The position numbers and the translations under genes are program-made. Under the pieces are notes generated by a model. It was not told the DNA's origin. It worked only from the letters and a program-made list of their open reading frames with translations, and made no database searches. From the NCBI GenBank assembly GCA_001790855.1, contig MGDH01000001.1, positions 79,427-108,728 on the forward strand: 29,302 nt of DNA, given 5' to 3'. The stretch is from Candidatus Schekmanbacteria bacterium RIFCSPLOWO2_02_FULL_38_14 (GTDB taxonomy: Bacteria > Schekmanbacteria > GWA2-38-11). Of the stretch, positions 1 to 10,777 are shown in pieces; position 1 is the first letter of the stretch; each line of letters begins with the position of its first letter.

Positions 1-984
1 CCCCTGCGATTTTTTCAGGTGGCACGGGTCGTGGTATGTGACTCTTTGCTGATTCCCTGAGATGGGAAGCTTTCTGCTTAAATCCTGTTTGCCGAATTCA
101 ATAATGAATTCTGAAATATCAAATATTTTCTTTTTTATTTCATTCCATCGTGAAAACTTTTCATTATTCTGGTTTTTAAAGTGGTAATCATAGATTTTTT
201 TGAATGCTGTCCCACAGGTTGCGCAGGCGACAACGATTGCATCAAACTGCGTTTTGGAGAATTCATTCAGGTTTGCTTCAGCCAATTTTTTTGAAGCTAC
301 AATATCTCCTGATGCAAAAGCAGGGAATCCGCAGCAATTTTTCTCCTTAGGAAAGATTATAGTGCAGTTCATTTTCTTTAAGATACCAACTGCAGATTCA
401 CCTATGTTTGGATAAACAAAATTAATCATACAACCGGGAAAGAAAAACACCTTTGGCTTTTTTGTATCACCCTGAAGCGGTTGCCTGTATCTATCAGAGA
501 ATGGTTTTCTGACAAGTCCGGGGATGAATCTTCCTCTTTCAAGGAAAAATGAAAAACGGTAATAGAGCCCACTGCTTTCAGTAATTTTTTTCAGAAACAA
601 AGGGTCAAGGATTCTGAGCAGACTAAAAATAATTTTTTTTTGAGTCTCCTTTGAAGAAAGGATACTTAAGGCTATTTTCTTTTTAAAGGGGATTCCCCTG
701 TTCTTCAAAACCTCATGGCGGGCAAATGGTATAAGTTGCTCAACCTCTATCTTGGCAGCACAGGTTTCCTTGCAGGAAAGGCAGAGAACGCACTGAGACA
801 TTACTTCTGCAAACCTTTCAGTAACTTCTATTTCTCCGTCAATCAGGGATTGGATAAGGGCAAATTTCCCTCTTGCAACCCCATGCTCTCTTTTTAGCTG
901 CAGGAAAACAGGGCATGCTGACTGACACGCTCCGCATTTTACGCAGGATGAAAGCTCTTTTTTCAGGCTCTCTGTATTTTCCAT
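1..984 (-). CDS. (Fe-S)-binding oxidoreductase, GlcF/LutA/HdrD-like (2x 4Fe-4S ferredoxin motifs plus 2 CCG cysteine-rich domains); 3' end outside window
   Basis: The minus-strand ORF starts at ATG 984-982 and runs off the window start. Its translation is MENTESLKKELSSCVKCGACQSACPV...CVLCLSCKETC. Then come CCG-like motifs (FFPGCMINF...NCCGFP, TYHDPCHL). It is missing from the ORF track only because it has no stop inside the window. Confidence 0.75.
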   Translation of the reverse strand, partial: MENTESLKKELSSCVKCGACQSACPVFLQLKREHGVARGKFALIQSLIDGEIEVTERFAEVMSQCVLCLSCKETCAAKIEVEQLIPFARHEVLKNRGIPFKKKIALSILSSKETQKKIIFSLLRILDPLFLKKITESSGLYYRFSFFLERGRFIPGLVRKPFSDRYRQPLQGDTKKPKVFFFPGCMINFVYPNIGESAVGILKKMNCTIIFPKEKNCCGFPAFASGDIVASKKLAEANLNEFSKTQFDAIVVACATCGTAFKKIYDYHFKNQNNEKFSRWNEIKKKIFDISEFIIEFGKQDLSRKLPISGNQQRVTYHDPCHLKKSQG

Positions 985-1047
985 AAAATTCTACTTTTTT
1001 TGTATAAAATAGTTATTAAAAGGTTGTTGAAAAAGTGCCTGTTCGGT

Positions 1048-1091
1048 GTCATTGCCTGCCTACCGCAGGCAGGCGCTTCGCTCGCAATGAC
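1048..1091. repeat. GC-rich palindromic intergenic repeat, family A (GTCATTGC-CTGCCTACCGCAGGCAGG-...-GCAATGAC)
   Basis: Perfect 8-bp terminal inverted repeat GTCATTGC/GCAATGAC encloses an inner hairpin CTGCC-TACCGC-AGGCAG. Related copies lie at 3981-4006, 13097-13180, 23096-23120 and 25185-25238. Confidence 0.6.
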
Positions 1092-1154
1092 AATGCTGTG
1101 AATTTTTTAACACCCTGTTAAAATTTAGTTTTTACCTAAACCCTCAAGCTTTTC

Positions 1155-2303
1155 CTATTTTTCAAGGCATACGATCTTTTTCCTGTCAACAATCACTTCC
1201 CTGCTGCCATCTTCATATTCGAGGGTTAATGTGGGTTCAAGCACTATGAAATCCTGGTGAAAACTTGTTCTCACCTTTCCTCCAAAGGATTTGTTGTCTC
1301 CAAAGGCGATGTGGATTGTTCCGGATATTTTTTCGGCTTCAAGAATGTTGTCGATTCTTGAAGCCATGTAATTTGTTCCGATTCCAAGCTCTGCAATGGT
1401 TTTGTTAAGAGGGTTTTCATCAAGCTTATTCCTCAGGCTCAAAGCATATTCTGAAACGCCCCGAACAAGGAATATTTTTCCATTTTTTATTTCAAAAACA
1501 ATCGGACTTGAGAGTTTTTCTGTTGGTGCCCATTCAATCACAAGCATTCCGTCAGCAGTATCTTCAACAGGCGCAATAAAGGCTTCTCCTGCGGGAAGAT
1601 TTCCGAAATCCCCATTGTTTTTTAAAATTCCTGTGTCAGAAAACCCGTCTCTTCCTTTTAATCCGAGCGTAATATTGGTTCCGTTTGGAGATGTAATCAT
1701 AGCTTTATGCGCCTGAGTAAGCTTATATGCTATCAGTTTTGTTCTTTTAGCGACAATCTCCCAGTCAACATCCATTGAAGTGAGAAACATTGAAGGGTCA
1801 AATAGTGGAAGGCTTGCAAACCTTGCTCCTGTCAACCCTGTTAAGAAGTCCCGGAATTTTGTATGGCTTACAGAAAAATTTGCCATTGCAATTACAACAT
1901 CCACTGCGTCATTTTTGTTTTCAATTATTAATTCTTCAGCTTCTTTAAGATCTTTTTCTTCCTCTCTTTTATTTATGAATTTTAACAGCAATCCGCTGTC
2001 CCGCAACTCTGCATATATCTTTTTACCAAATGCTTCTTCCCATATAAACTCGGGAGGTTCTGCGCCGTGAGACAATGTTGCATCGTAACTTATAAAAGTT
2101 GTACTGGTTATTTCTGAACCAGCTTCAAAGGTCTTTTTTGCGGTCTGCAAGAGTTCTTCCCGTCTTTTTCTTTCCCGCATTGATATTTTTTCGCTTTCTT
2201 TTATACAGTCCGAAAAAACAAGAACTCTTTCTCCTTTTCTGACTCCAAGGTTTATATGATATAAATTTTTAATAGCATTTACCAAATCTTTTTCTTTCAT
2301 CAA
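1155..2303 (-). CDS. aminopeptidase, M29 (AmpS/PepS thermophilic metalloprotease) family
   Basis: 382 aa ORF. The C-terminal region IAFGDN...HQDFIV and overall layout resemble M29 aminopeptidases. RBS AAGGGGT lies 6 nt upstream of ATG 2303. Confidence 0.65.
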   Translation of the reverse strand: MMKEKDLVNAIKNLYHINLGVRKGERVLVFSDCIKESEKISMRERKRREELLQTAKKTFEAGSEITSTTFISYDATLSHGAEPPEFIWEEAFGKKIYAELRDSGLLLKFINKREEEKDLKEAEELIIENKNDAVDVVIAMANFSVSHTKFRDFLTGLTGARFASLPLFDPSMFLTSMDVDWEIVAKRTKLIAYKLTQAHKAMITSPNGTNITLGLKGRDGFSDTGILKNNGDFGNLPAGEAFIAPVEDTADGMLVIEWAPTEKLSSPIVFEIKNGKIFLVRGVSEYALSLRNKLDENPLNKTIAELGIGTNYMASRIDNILEAEKISGTIHIAFGDNKSFGGKVRTSFHQDFIVLEPTLTLEYEDGSREVIVDRKKIVCLEK

Positions 2304-2491
2304 TACCCCTTGTTTCTTATTCTTTTAGAAACGATTAAATGAAAACCCAGAACTATAAATTAACAACTTGACTTGATATCACTAATCATTTCTAACTTAC
2401 AACGAGATAATAAAAATTTAAAGCTTGTCTGATTCTATTATTTATTCAGGAATTATCAAGCCAAGAAATCATATTTTAGCGAGCTAATCAA

Positions 2492-2520
2492 TTGACAGAA
2501 AAAAATATTTCTACTATATA
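2492..2520 (+). promoter_or_regulatory. sigma-70-type promoter of rsmD-coaD operon (TTGACA-N17-TATATA)
   Basis: TTGACA at 2492-2497, 17-nt spacer, TATATA at 2515-2520. This is about 26 nt upstream of the rsmD ATG at 2546. Confidence 0.45.
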
Positions 2521-2545
2521 GAGATATATCTTATGATTAAGGATA

Positions 2546-3103
2546 ATGAGAATAATTGGCGGTATTAAGGGCAGTCAGAGGATAAAGTCTTCAAAAAGCA
2601 GAAGCCTCAGGCCAACAATGGACAGGGTGAGGGAGACTGTTTTTAATATTCTCGGCAACAGGGTTTCAAATGCTTCATTTTTAGACCTCTTTGCAGGAAC
2701 AGGAAGCGTTGGCATAGAAGCCCTGAGCAGAGGGGCAAGAGAGGTTGTTTTTGTTGAAAAAGAATTCAGAACAGCTAAAATTCTCAGAGAGAATCTTGAG
2801 AGACTTGGTTTGGAAAAAGAGGGAATCATTCTGAAAATGGATTTCTCTAAAGCAATCGAAGCCATTAACAGGGATGGAAAACAATTTGACATAATTTACA
2901 TTGACCCTCCATATGCTTCAGGATTGTGCGGAGAATCATTGAAGTTGCTGGCTGATTTTGATATTATCAACCAAGACGGTCTTATTCTGGCAGAACATTT
3001 TTTTAAAGATAAATTACATGAAATGTTTGGAGGGCTTAAGCTAGCCCGTATAAAGAAAATAGGAGACACCAGTATTTCAATTTTCAAGAAAGAGATGAAC
3101 TGA
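2546..3103 (+). CDS. rsmD: 16S rRNA (guanine966-N2)-methyltransferase RsmD
   Basis: MRIIGG...RPTMDRVRETVFNIL N-terminus, DLFAGTGSVGIEALSRGA SAM motif and DPPY catalytic motif. It sits directly before coaD, the conserved rsmD-coaD pairing. Confidence 0.85.
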   Translation: MRIIGGIKGSQRIKSSKSRSLRPTMDRVRETVFNILGNRVSNASFLDLFAGTGSVGIEALSRGAREVVFVEKEFRTAKILRENLERLGLEKEGIILKMDFSKAIEAINRDGKQFDIIYIDPPYASGLCGESLKLLADFDIINQDGLILAEHFFKDKLHEMFGGLKLARIKKIGDTSISIFKKEMN

Positions 3104-3104
3104 A

Positions 3105-3626
3105 ATGCCATCTAAAAAAATAGCTGTATATCCCGGCTCATTTGACCCCATAACAAATGGCCATAAAGACATAATTGAAAGAGGACTTGCAATATTTGAT
3201 GAGGTGATAGTTGCCATTGCAAGGAATTCAGCAAAGAAAGCCCTGTTTGCTCTTAAAGAGAGAGAGAAGATGATTAAGGAAACAATGGAAGGCAGTAAAG
3301 GGATAAAGGTGGATATATTTGACGGATTGCTTGTTGATTATGTGAAAAAAGTTGGCGCGGGGGCGGTAATCAGAGGCTTGAGGGCTGTGTCTGATTTTGA
3401 ATACGAGTTTCAGATGGCTATAACAAACAGGAAACTCGGGAAAAAGGTGGAAACAGTATTTCTTATGTCAACAGAGAAATATTCTTACCTGAGTTCAGGA
3501 ATTGTCAAAGAGGTTGCTTCTTATGGAGGGAGCATTTCAGGAATGGTTCCTGAAGTTGTTATAAAGGCATTAAAAAAGAAATTTGCAAAAAAGAAACTGA
3601 GTCAGGAGATTAAAGATGGATTCTAA
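3105..3626 (+). CDS. coaD: phosphopantetheine adenylyltransferase
   Basis: IAVYPGSFDPITNGHKDII (H/TxGH nucleotidyltransferase motif) and about 170 aa length typical of CoaD. Confidence 0.9.
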   Translation: MPSKKIAVYPGSFDPITNGHKDIIERGLAIFDEVIVAIARNSAKKALFALKEREKMIKETMEGSKGIKVDIFDGLLVDYVKKVGAGAVIRGLRAVSDFEYEFQMAITNRKLGKKVETVFLMSTEKYSYLSSGIVKEVASYGGSISGMVPEVVIKALKKKFAKKKLSQEIKDGF

Positions 3627-3963
3627 TTGCATTTTTTGCAAGATAATAAAGGGTGAAATCAAGGGTGAGATTGTTTACTCGGATGACCTTGTAATAGGGA
3701 TAAAAGATATTAATCCTCAGGCACCAGTTCACATACTGCTTATTCCAAAAAAACATATTCCAACTGCTCAAGAGCTTACAGAGGAGGACAGAGATATACT
3801 TAAAAACATATTTCTGGCTGCAAAAAAGATTGCCATTGATAAGAACATAGGAGAATCTGGGTATCGGGTTGTTATGAACTGCAATGCCGGTGCAGGGCAG
3901 TCAGTTTTTCATATTCATTTCCATCTTCTTGGAGGCAGAAAAATGGAATGGCCGCCGGGATAA
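3616..3963 (+). CDS. HIT-family (histidine triad) nucleotide hydrolase
   Basis: C-terminal HIHFHLLGG histidine triad. Overlaps the coaD stop by 11 nt, consistent with translational coupling. Confidence 0.85.
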   Translation: MDSNCIFCKIIKGEIKGEIVYSDDLVIGIKDINPQAPVHILLIPKKHIPTAQELTEEDRDILKNIFLAAKKIAIDKNIGESGYRVVMNCNAGAGQSVFHIHFHLLGGRKMEWPPG

Positions 3964-4029
3964 GGAAATTTCAGCTTGCTGTCATTGCAAGCGAAGAGAA
4001 GCAATCTCGTTTATGTATACTGTATAACT

Positions 4030-4293
4030 ATGAAACAGGAAATAGTTTTACACCACTTAGAGGAATTGGCAGAAAGGCTTTCAGTTGAAATAAGCTATGA
4101 AGACCTTAAAAAAGAGGGAATCTCTTTTAAGGGCGGTTCATGCAAGATTAAAGGGAAAGAAAGAATAATTATCAGCAGAAATCTTACAGCTGCAGAAAAG
4201 GTTGATATTCTTGCTATTGAGCTTTCAAGGTATGATATTGAAAGTGTCTATATCCCGCCTGCTGTGAAGGAATTGTTGGTTTCTAAAAAATAA
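4030..4293 (+). CDS. hypothetical protein (87 aa)
   Basis: The track ORF 3976-4293 has its first 18 codons over the family-A repeat. The in-frame ATG at 4030 (MKQEIVLHH...) is the more plausible start. No recognisable motif. Confidence 0.45.
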   Translation: MKQEIVLHHLEELAERLSVEISYEDLKKEGISFKGGSCKIKGKERIIISRNLTAAEKVDILAIELSRYDIESVYIPPAVKELLVSKK

Positions 4294-4326
4294 GGGATGA
4301 ACTGTTGCGGACCAAAATTTTAATTT

Positions 4327-4848
4327 TTGATTATGTTTATCAAGGATATTTTATTCCATAGAACCGTTATTAATAAAAGAAGGCTATCTGCAGTAGCGAT
4401 AGTTCTGTTGCTTCTTTTCTCTCCTGTTTCGTGTTCCTTGAAAGGGGCAGTCAAGAAGTGCTCATTCAAGGCCGATAAGATAACAATCAGGGATTTAACC
4501 AATGACGGGTTCAAGGCAGTAGTAACTTTTAAAATAAAAAATCCAAACTGGATTGGCTTGACTGTTGAGCAGCTCGAATATTCCATACTCGTTAACGATA
4601 AAGAGCTTGGCTCAGGAAAGACTGAAAGCAGAATTTCAATACCCGGAAGAGGTAAGACCACTGTAGATGTTTCTGTGGATGTCAAGCTGACAGAGATATC
4701 AGGGTCATTATTTAAAATATTTCTTGCAGGAAAAATGGAATATCAGGTTAAGGGAAAAGCGGTTTTTTCAACTCTTTTGGGGAATGTTGAATACCCATTT
4801 GATTTGATAAAAAAGATTAAACCATTTAAAAAAAATGGAGTTTCTTGA
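4327..4848 (+). CDS. putative secreted/lipoprotein with LEA_2 (WHy, water-stress/hypersensitive-response) like domain
   Basis: N-terminal signal-like segment KRRLSAVAIVLLLLFSPVSC. The rest resembles LEA14/WHy beta-sandwich proteins (KITIRDLTNDGFKAVVTFKIKNPNWIGL..YSILVNDKELGSG...ISIPGRGKTTVDVSVDV). Start ambiguous: TTG 4327 or ATG 4333. Confidence 0.5.
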   Translation: MIMFIKDILFHRTVINKRRLSAVAIVLLLLFSPVSCSLKGAVKKCSFKADKITIRDLTNDGFKAVVTFKIKNPNWIGLTVEQLEYSILVNDKELGSGKTESRISIPGRGKTTVDVSVDVKLTEISGSLFKIFLAGKMEYQVKGKAVFSTLLGNVEYPFDLIKKIKPFKKNGVS

Positions 4849-4973
4849 TTTCTTAGACATTTTATATTATGAACCTTTTTAATTATTCCGATAGGTTTAG
4901 ATATGTGAAGAGTTAAAGGCTTGAAAAAAATATAAGAAAAAAAAGTGAAGCTGAAAATGTCCTTGACAAATCA

Positions 4974-6920
<1,947 letters not shown>

Positions 6921-6961
6921 TAAAAACCCACTTGCTATTGCATTTTTAATATAGAATATTT

Positions 6962-9400
6962 CTAATCTCCATTTTCATCCTCTACTATTCTTGCAATTGA
7001 TACAACCTTTGCACTGATTTCCATATCAATGAGACGTACGCCCTGAGTGTTTCTTCCTATTACACGGAGTCCTTTTACTTCTGTTCTTATCACCTTTCCA
7101 TCTGAAGTTATCATCATTACATCATCGTTGTCATGGACCTGCATAACTCCTACTACCTTGCCATTCCTGTCACTCGTTTTAATTGTTATGATTCCTTTTC
7201 CACCTCTCCCCTGACATCGGTATTCATCAAGCTCGGTTCTTTTCCCATAGCCGTTTTCAGTGACAGTCAGAATGGTTGCCCCCTCGCTAAGCACCTCCAT
7301 TCCTACAACCTCGTCCTTTTCTTCAAGCGAAACCCCTGTCACTCCCCTTGCACCTCTTCCTGTAGGCCTTACATTATCTTCCTTAAACCTTATGGAATTT
7401 CCGTCTTTCATTGCTAACAGAATATCCTTGTTCCCGTCTGTTATTCCTGCTGAGACAAGCTCATCATCTTCATCTATTGAAATTGCAATTATTCCTGTTG
7501 ACCTTGGGTTGCTGAAGGCATCAAGGTTTGTCTTTTTAACAACTCCGTTTTTTGTTGCCATTATCACATATCTGTCCTCGGAAAATTCCTTAACAGGAAC
7601 AAAGGAGCAGACTTTTTCTTCAGAGGATAATTTCAGAATATTCACAATTGCTCTTCCTTTTGTCGCTCTGCCAGCCTGAGGGATTTCATGGACTTTCAGC
7701 CAAAGGATTTTTCCCTTGTTTGTAAAAAAGAGGATGTAACTGTGGGTGCTTGCGACAAAGAGGGTCTCAACAAAGTCTTCCTCCTTTGTTATCATTCCAA
7801 TTTTTCCCTTTCCGCCTCTTTTCTGGCTGCGGTAAAGGCTTGTCGGGTTCCTTTTTATGTATCCTGAATGCGAAATGGTAACAACCATGTCTTCTTCTTT
7901 TATGAGGTCTTCTATGTCTATTTCAGCTTCTGCCTCTATAATCTGGGTGCGCCTTTCGTCTCCGTATTTTTCCCTGATTTCCCTGAACTCATCCTTTACA
8001 ATATTTTTAACAAGTTCCTCGCTTACAAGGATGGCTTTGTACTTTGATATGGTTTTAAGAAGCTCCTGATATTCTGCAACAAGTTTTTCCCTTTCAAGCC
8101 CTGTCAACCTCTGAAGTTTCATTTCAAGAATTTCCCTTGCCTGTATCTCCGAGAGAGGGAACCTTTTCATCAATTTTTCTTTTGCTTCAGCAGGATTTGC
8201 GGATTTTTTTATTATTGAGACTACTTCATCTATATTTTCAACAGCAGTCTTTAATCCCTCAAGGATATGTGCTCTTTCTTCTGCTTTTCGCAGATTATAT
8301 CTTGTCCTCAGTATGACAATTTCCTTCCTGAATTCAACAAAATGGTACAGTATCTTTCTGATGTCAAGAACCTGAGGCTCGCCGTTAACCATTGAAAGCA
8401 TTATAATTCCAAAGGTTGAGTGAAGCTGGGTATGCTTGTAAAGCTGGTTCAGAACTATTTCAGGGATTTCATCTCTTTTAAGCTCAATTACAATCCTCAT
8501 TCCGTCTCTGTCAGATTCATCTCTCAAATCTGAAATTCCATCAATTTTTTTATCCCTCATCAGCTCTGCAATTGATTCAAGAAGCTTTGACTTGTTTACC
8601 TGGTAGGGGATTTCAGTTATGACAATGATATCCTTGCCTCCCTTTTTCGGCTTCTCAATTACGGCTTTTGCCTTGAGCATTACCTTGCCCCTGCCTGTTC
8701 TATAAGCCTCTACTATTCCTGATGTGCCGCAGATATATGCTGCTGTTGGGAAATCAGGTCCCTTGATTACCTGAAGCAGGTCATCAACACTTGCTTCGGG
8801 GTTTTCAAGAACTATGATTGCTCCGTCAATTATTTCAGTTAAATTGTGCGGAGGAATGTTTGTTGCCATTCCAACAGCGATTCCTGATGAGCCGTTTATG
8901 AGAAGGTTTGGAATCCTTGCAGGCAGGATTTCAGGTTCATTAAGGCTTTCATCAAAGTTTGGTGTGAACTTAACTGTCTCTTTATCGATGTCAAGAAGCA
9001 TCTCCTGTGCAATCTTTGCCATCCTGACTTCAGTATACCTCATTGCTGCTGCAGAATCACCATCGACTGAGCCGAAGTTTCCTTGTCCGTAAATGAGGGG
9101 ATAGCGCAGGGAAAATTCCTGAACCATCCTTATCATTGCATCGTAAACAGCCGTGTCGCCGTGGGGATGATACTTGCCTAAAACTTCTCCGACAATTCTT
9201 GCTGATTTTTTAAAGGGCTTGTTCCACTGAAGTCCCAATTCATCCATTGCATAGAGGATTCTTCTGTGCACAGGTTTTAACCCGTCCCTTACATCAGGAA
9301 GGGCCCGTCCAATGATAACGCTCATTGCATAATTAATGTATGAATCCCGCATTTCATCTTCAATGTTGACCGGAATCAGATTCTGCTGAACTGGGTTCAT
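6962..9400 (-). CDS. gyrA: DNA gyrase subunit A
   Basis: 812 aa. N-terminus ...[29 protein letters not shown]...HPHGD(T)AVYDAM..., the QRDR region, and C-terminal beta-pinwheel repeats. Confidence 0.95.
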   Translation of the reverse strand: MNPVQQNLIPVNIEDEMRDSYINYAMSVIIGRALPDVRDGLKPVHRRILYAMDELGLQWNKPFKKSARIVGEVLGKYHPHGDTAVYDAMIRMVQEFSLRYPLIYGQGNFGSVDGDSAAAMRYTEVRMAKIAQEMLLDIDKETVKFTPNFDESLNEPEILPARIPNLLINGSSGIAVGMATNIPPHNLTEIIDGAIIVLENPEASVDDLLQVIKGPDFPTAAYICGTSGIVEAYRTGRGKVMLKAKAVIEKPKKGGKDIIVITEIPYQVNKSKLLESIAELMRDKKIDGISDLRDESDRDGMRIVIELKRDEIPEIVLNQLYKHTQLHSTFGIIMLSMVNGEPQVLDIRKILYHFVEFRKEIVILRTRYNLRKAEERAHILEGLKTAVENIDEVVSIIKKSANPAEAKEKLMKRFPLSEIQAREILEMKLQRLTGLEREKLVAEYQELLKTISKYKAILVSEELVKNIVKDEFREIREKYGDERRTQIIEAEAEIDIEDLIKEEDMVVTISHSGYIKRNPTSLYRSQKRGGKGKIGMITKEEDFVETLFVASTHSYILFFTNKGKILWLKVHEIPQAGRATKGRAIVNILKLSSEEKVCSFVPVKEFSEDRYVIMATKNGVVKKTNLDAFSNPRSTGIIAISIDEDDELVSAGITDGNKDILLAMKDGNSIRFKEDNVRPTGRGARGVTGVSLEEKDEVVGMEVLSEGATILTVTENGYGKRTELDEYRCQGRGGKGIITIKTSDRNGKVVGVMQVHDNDDVMMITSDGKVIRTEVKGLRVIGRNTQGVRLIDMEISAKVVSIARIVEDENGD

Positions 9401-9455
9401 TTTTTTCCTTTCTAAATCTTTAAAAATACATTAAAAATAAGTCTTATTTGACAGG

Positions 9456-9485
9456 ATTATAATTGATATTTTCCCTATGTGTCAA
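9456..9485 (-). promoter_or_regulatory. sigma-70-type promoter of gyrA (TTGACA-N18-TATAAT on minus strand)
   Basis: Minus strand reads TTGACAcatagggaaaatatcaatTATAAT. -35 at 9485-9480, -10 at 9461-9456, about 55 nt upstream of the gyrA ATG. Confidence 0.45.
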
Positions 9486-9520
9486 GATAAAGGTTTGAAG
9501 GGTAATTTGGTGAAAACTAT

Positions 9521-10579
9521 TTATATCCCGAATTTCTCAACCACCTGCTTCATGATGTCAGGAATAGGGAGCTCATAGGGGCAGCGGGGAATGCATTCAC
9601 CGCAGGCAGTGCATTTTGAGGCAGGCACAAGAAATCCCTTTTCTACTGCCTGAAGATAAGCGATCTTTTTCTTTTCAAAACTCAACACCCCTGCAAGGAG
9701 GATATCCAGCAATCCAAAAATCATTATACCCTGGCTGCATGGGAGACAATAACCGCATCTATGGCAGTAAATTTTTGCCATACGCTTGCCAAATTCTTCA
9801 AGCTGTTTTAATTCACTTTCAGTTACTTTCTGCAGAGTTCTTCCAAAAGCAGCGTTCATTTTAACTTCTTCAACAGTCTTTGTTCCCGGGATTACAGCAG
9901 TTATTGGTTTTTCAAGAATCCATTTAAGCTGTGCTGCTGCTACCTCTCCAAACTGCCCTCCTCCAAGGGGTTTCATTACAATTGTTCCTATATCCATCGT
10001 GTTTGCGAAAGGAATGAGGTCATCAATTACTTCTCTTTCAACTATGTTAAAGGGGAACTCAACAGCATCAAAGGCACCTGTTTTAACTGCGTCTATGAGG
10101 ACTCCGCGATTATGCCCTGCAACAAGCGTATAATTTATTAAACCCTGTTTCTTTGCCTCTTTTAAACCCTCTATTGCTCCGTCAGGCGCGGTTATTTCTT
10201 TTAAATGGTAATCATAATCTACAAAGGCAAGGTGGAAAATATCTATTATCTTTCTTGATGTGCCTCTGACAAGAAGTTCATGCGCCCTTTTTATGTCCTC
10301 AAGCACTTCATCCTTTTTTTTTCTCATTGTCTTTACGCCAATATAGACCTCGTTACGGCGTGTTTTGAGAATTTTCCCGATTTTATTCTGGCTGTCAATA
10401 TATGCCCTATCGTGAAACTGGGCAGGACCCTCATCAAGGTCAAAGTAGTTCATCCCTTCATCAATTGCAGCGTTTATAACTTTAATTGCTTCTTCAGGCG
10501 GAATAAAAGTAACAGGAAGCCCGCCAAAAGAGACACAGGAAATCTCCAGATTTGTTCTGCCAAGGCGACGGTGCAGCAC
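9521..10579 (-). CDS. aldo/keto reductase with C-terminal 4Fe-4S cluster-binding extension
   Basis: GTG start at 10579 with RBS AAAGGAGAA. N-terminus LHRRLGRTNLEISCVSFGG matches AKRs. C-terminus has CHRCGYCLPC and CTACGECIPRCP cysteine clusters. Confidence 0.75.
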   Translation of the reverse strand: MLHRRLGRTNLEISCVSFGGLPVTFIPPEEAIKVINAAIDEGMNYFDLDEGPAQFHDRAYIDSQNKIGKILKTRRNEVYIGVKTMRKKKDEVLEDIKRAHELLVRGTSRKIIDIFHLAFVDYDYHLKEITAPDGAIEGLKEAKKQGLINYTLVAGHNRGVLIDAVKTGAFDAVEFPFNIVEREVIDDLIPFANTMDIGTIVMKPLGGGQFGEVAAAQLKWILEKPITAVIPGTKTVEEVKMNAAFGRTLQKVTESELKQLEEFGKRMAKIYCHRCGYCLPCSQGIMIFGLLDILLAGVLSFEKKKIAYLQAVEKGFLVPASKCTACGECIPRCPYELPIPDIMKQVVEKFGI

Positions 10580-10666
10580 AGTTCTCCTTTCGTTAGGTAA
10601 AAATACTTCATAATTTTCTAAAAACGATTATATTCTATTCTCATTTAAAATCAAATTCCCCCTCAT

Positions 10667-10699
10667 CCCCCCTTTTTTATTTCTAAAAAAATGGGGGGG
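10667..10699. repeat. homopolymer-based hairpin C6-T6-ATTTCT-A7-T-G7
   Basis: cccccc tttttt atttct aaaaaaa t ggggggg is a near-perfect 13-bp stem. A second element CCCCCTTTgaAAAGGGGG lies at 10746-10764, followed by GGGGG at 10771-10775. Confidence 0.6.
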
Positions 10700-10777
10700 C
10701 AGAAGGGGCAATCTGCTATTTCATAAATGAATCGAATTCCATATTCCCCCTTTGAAAAAGGGGGACAAAGGGGGATT

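Noticed and set aside
7133-9092. Several 70-140 aa plus-strand ORFs inside gyrA
   Set aside because: Antisense shadow ORFs within a highly conserved gene. Ser/Pro-rich nonsense translations.
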